Shown here: positions 60,807-64,000 of the stretch, in pieces
How the letters are laid out: each line of letters starts with the position of its first letter
Numbering within the stretch: position 1 is the first letter of the stretch
Source: Candidatus Asgardarchaeum abyssi
GTDB lineage: Archaea; Asgardarchaeota; Asgardarchaeia; Asgardarchaeales; Asgardarchaeaceae
Assembly (NCBI GenBank): GCA_040225955.1
Contig: JBECUL010000005.1
Location: 1-64,000 of the forward strand
DNA: 64,000 nucleotides
Direction: 5' to 3'
Notes under the pieces: generated by a model
What the model was told of the DNA's origin: nothing
The model's input: the letters and a program-made list of their open reading frames with translations, nothing else
The model's database searches: none
Made by a program: the position numbers and the translations under genes

Positions 60807-62720
60807 CTATAATGGGGAGAATACAGTATTTTTCTTTTGATATTTCCTTATAAAGATCGCCGTAGCAATTAATACTAACGTAATAACAAAGAGATAAATA
60901 TTCAGAACATTTGGTGATGCTGTATCTTTTACGACAATCTCCAATGGTTCTACTAATGGATATGGGTCTGGCCCATATGGAGTATCTCCTATTCCATCAT
61001 TATCTGAATCAGTACCCGTATAGTCACTCCAGTAATTTCCAAGATAGCTTGTATAGATATTTCCTTTATATTTATACGTTATAGGTGATGGCGAGTAGAA
61101 CCTTGAATTGGAATTGTGTAGATAGTACTGAATTGTGTTATTTATAAAACAATTTATGTATATCGTGGTATTGTCCGAATGTATAAGGTATATGCCATAG
61201 CTATTATTATGAATGATATTGTCATATATCGTGTTGCCCTTTGATGAATAAAGATATATGCCAAAGTTGTTGCTCTGTATCGTATTGCTGTGTATGATAT
61301 TATACCCCGAAAATTCGAAATATACTCCTACACTATTATTCTGAATCGTGCTATTATAAATTCTCGTATTATTCGTGTTCCACAGTTCTATGGCAATGTC
61401 CGTACTTTCTATATTTTGCTCACTTATTGTAATATTTCTGCAATTTACAAGAATTATCTGGCCAGCATTTGTGTTAATCTTAATATTAGTTTTATTTTCC
61501 ATGTACACTAATGTTTTTCCGTTGACTATACAGTCTATAACATGAGTCCCATACGAATATCGTATGGTTAAGCCATTACCTATAAATGTGTTGTTACGTA
61601 TTATGTTGCTATTTGAAAAATTGAGGTATATTCCAAAGCCATTGTTGTGGATTGTATTGTTACATATTATGTTCTTTTTGGAGTTTTTTAAATACAAGCC
61701 CCCATCATTATTTTGAATCACATTGTCGTGTATTATGTTATTATCTGACAAATAGAAAAACAATCCTTCATCATTATCCCGAATTATATTGTTCTGTATT
61801 GTATTATTGCTTGCACGTTCGAGATATATTCCACCAAGACGCATATACCCCTTATTATTGTTTATAATCGTATTGTTATATATTATATTACTATTTGACA
61901 TGCAGAGATATACTCCAAAACCATTGTTTTTAATCTCATTGCTGAATACCGCATTATTATCCGAATGTGTAAAATGCACGCCTTCTTTATTATTTTTAAT
62001 TACATTATGATATATCATGTTTTTATCTGAGTGCCGAAGATAAATCCCTCGAGCATTATTTTGAATTGTACTATTGTAAATTTTCGTGTCACTCGAGTTC
62101 CATAACTCTATAGCAATATTTGTGTGCTCTATATCTTGCTGACTTATTGTGATGTTTTTGCAACTCACAAGGATTATTTGTCCGGCATGCTTATTAACCT
62201 TCGTGTTTGTTTTTTCTTCTAGATACACTAATGGCTCTCCATTAACGGTACAATTCTCTACCTTGTTTCTATACGAGTTAAATACGATTAAGCCATCATC
62301 CAAAAATGTGACATTATATAATACACTGTTGTTAGATGACTGGAAGAATATGCCTGCATCATACCAATCCCGTATTATTATATTTCTTATTGTTACATTT
62401 GTAGCACTTTCTATATAAATCCCCCATCCCCATCCTTGTTCTAACACGCCATCTATGATATGCCCCTTTCCATCTAAAATAACATTACTAGCATTTATAT
62501 ATATTCCAACCGTTTTTGTACAGTTGATCACATCCCGTTGCAACTCATAGTAGCCAGGTTTGAGTATATACATATGAGCTGTAAATGGTAATGCAAAAGT
62601 ATGATCATTATTTATTTTTCTACCTATTTGAACATTGTCAAGGGTCAGATAATAACTTTTATCTAATGTATGGAATCCTAATAACAGAATAAAAATAAAT
62701 AATATAGCTTTAAGCTTCAT
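60807..62720 (-). CDS. NosD/CASH right-handed beta-helix surface protein
   Basis: GIYLxxSxNNxI repeats, duplicated VNGxxLVY...AGQIILVxC cap, GNYWSDY...DxDGIGDTPY, TM anchor. Confidence 0.9.
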   Translation of the reverse strand: MKLKAILFIFILLLGFHTLDKSYYLTLDNVQIGRKINNDHTFALPFTAHMYILKPGYYELQRDVINCTKTVGIYINASNVILDGKGHIIDGVLEQGWGWGIYIESATNVTIRNIIIRDWYDAGIFFQSSNNSVLYNVTFLDDGLIVFNSYRNKVENCTVNGEPLVYLEEKTNTKVNKHAGQIILVSCKNITISQQDIEHTNIAIELWNSSDTKIYNSTIQNNARGIYLRHSDKNMIYHNVIKNNKEGVHFTHSDNNAVFSNEIKNNGFGVYLCMSNSNIIYNNTIINNNKGYMRLGGIYLERASNNTIQNNIIRDNDEGLFFYLSDNNIIHDNVIQNNDGGLYLKNSKKNIICNNTIHNNGFGIYLNFSNSNIIRNNTFIGNGLTIRYSYGTHVIDCIVNGKTLVYMENKTNIKINTNAGQIILVNCRNITISEQNIESTDIAIELWNTNNTRIYNSTIQNNSVGVYFEFSGYNIIHSNTIQSNNFGIYLYSSKGNTIYDNIIHNNSYGIYLIHSDNTTIYINCFINNTIQYYLHNSNSRFYSPSPITYKYKGNIYTSYLGNYWSDYTGTDSDNDGIGDTPYGPDPYPLVEPLEIVVKDTASPNVLNIYLFVITLVLIATAIFIRKYQKKNTVFSPL

Positions 62721-63008
62721 ACCTCTGACCCCAATACCTATAATGTTACTTCTGTAACTTTTGTAAAATATTTTTTATTATCCCTCCAAAGGTGATGTTA
62801 AGATAAGATGAGCGCTGCATGAACTGTAAAAGCTACCTCTCATATTCGTCACCGCCTCCTAAGGGTACAAGTGACCTACCAAGCGTCATATGATAATGAG
62901 CATTGAGGAGAAGAACCACAAGACCCAAATGAAAACTAATTGAGATTAAAATTATGGAAGAACAAAACTTAAAAATATAAATGTAATGCTCTGTGCGAGC
63001 AATAAGAA

Positions 63009-63995
63009 TTATATTTTCGTATAAATTCTTATGTTATTGTCTTTTGCATATGCTTCCGCATCAGGATCGATAAATGGAGAAACTATCATCAATTCAGGCT
63101 CAACACCAGTTACCCTTTTATATAATTCTCCTTTCTTTAAAAACATTGCAACATCGTTTTTTGAGATACTGGATTTTATTTCTATGAGTATATGCTTAGA
63201 ATCTTTAATTAACACATCTACCTCCACGGTACTGGGTCTCCAGTATACGAAACCTTCACTGTCATAATATTCCCATTTTTTTACAGTAACTCCGAAATCC
63301 TCTTCAAGCAAACCTTTTATTGCATTTCTAAAAGAAGACTCGCTTTCGTAGCCCCATCTTGCTCCAAGTGCTGTGGTCCTGCGTTCAACGGACATAAGTA
63401 CTTTCTCGAATGCGTTCATCTGCCTGCTGAACGCCTCGAATTGCTTGTTGAAGTCCTCACGCATCTTCATCATCTGCTCTTCGAATGCGTCCATCCTTCT
63501 CTCAAATGCATCCATACGCTCTTCGAACATGTCCATACGCTTCTCAAATGCATCCATACGCCTGCTGAACGCCTCGAATTGCTTGTTGAAGTCCTCACGC
63601 ATCTTCATCATCTGCTCTTCGAATGCGTCCATCCTTCTCTCAAATGCATCCATACGCTCTTCGAACATGTCCATACGCTTCTCAAATGCATCCATACGCC
63701 TGCTGAACGCCTCGAATTGCTTGTTGAAGTCCTCACGCATCTTCATCATCTGCTCTTCGAATGCGTCCATCCTTCTCTCAAATGCATCCATACGCCTGCT
63801 GAACGCCTCGAACTGCTTGTTGAAGTCCTCACGAAGATGTTTGAGTTCAAGTAAAATATCTTGTATTATTCTGCCCAAATTTGCTGAAATGCCGAGAGCA
63901 TCAAATAATGTTTTTCTAAGTTCGGGATATTTTTTAAGGATATCTGGTAACTTTTTGATAAATGCAATGATCGTATCATCTTTGATAGGTTCCAT
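63009..63995 (-). CDS. Coiled-coil repeat protein with C-terminal PD-(D/E)xK domain (DUF3782-like)
   Basis: ALGARWG...ESSFR, EVDVLI...LIEIKS. Confidence 0.85.
   Translation of the reverse strand: MEPIKDDTIIAFIKKLPDILKKYPELRKTLFDALGISANLGRIIQDILLELKHLREDFNKQFEAFSRRMDAFERRMDAFEEQMMKMREDFNKQFEAFSRRMDAFEKRMDMFEERMDAFERRMDAFEEQMMKMREDFNKQFEAFSRRMDAFEKRMDMFEERMDAFERRMDAFEEQMMKMREDFNKQFEAFSRQMNAFEKVLMSVERRTTALGARWGYESESSFRNAIKGLLEEDFGVTVKKWEYYDSEGFVYWRPSTVEVDVLIKDSKHILIEIKSSISKNDVAMFLKKGELYKRVTGVEPELMIVSPFIDPDAEAYAKDNNIRIYTKI
63405..63835 (-). repeat. Nested coding tandem repeat with 21-bp subunits (periods 138, 138 and 96 bp)
   Basis: GCCTGCTGAACGCCTCGAA begins at 63422, 63560, 63698 and 63794. 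Confidence 0.95.
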
Positions 63996-64000
63996 TAATT

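Noticed and set aside
63405-63835. Possible CRISPR array
   Set aside because: The repeats are contiguous, have periods in multiples of 3, lack unique spacers and encode a coiled coil.
63441-63854. His/Cys-rich plus-strand ORF (137 aa)
   Set aside because: Antisense shadow of the coding tandem repeat.

Overview
This is an AT-rich archaeal chromosomal segment. GGTGA/GGAGG-type ribosome-binding sites, archaeal AAA ATPases, a GH1 glycosidase, many MNT-HEPN and VapBC modules and N-glycosylation-rich surface proteins suggest a thermophilic anaerobe, but the lineage cannot be fixed from this window. It is mostly accessory DNA. Scattered metabolic and transport genes include a RACo/ASKHA corrinoid activator, adenine deaminase, ECF, MFS and DMT transporters and MBL hydrolases. 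These are interleaved with about nine toxin-antitoxin loci (three decayed), secreted or membrane-anchored proteins, and several frameshifted genes. No rRNA, tRNA, CRISPR array or transposase was seen. Best leads: (1) a splicease-like (PlpX-type) radical SAM/SPASM enzyme directly behind a small membrane protein carrying a KYG motif, a candidate archaeal protein-backbone modification system; (2) a secreted transglutaminase-fold enzyme followed by four tandem paralogues of an unnamed, PepSY-like family; (3) two parallel cassettes of a secreted Trp/Tyr-rich protein plus FtsX/MacB ABC permease, one intact and one pseudogenised; (4) a membrane-anchored FG-GAP propeller fused to aerolysin-like hairpins; (5) a ~140-bp IS903-type MITE with a target-site duplication. 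All family assignments come from motif recognition by eye, not from database searches.
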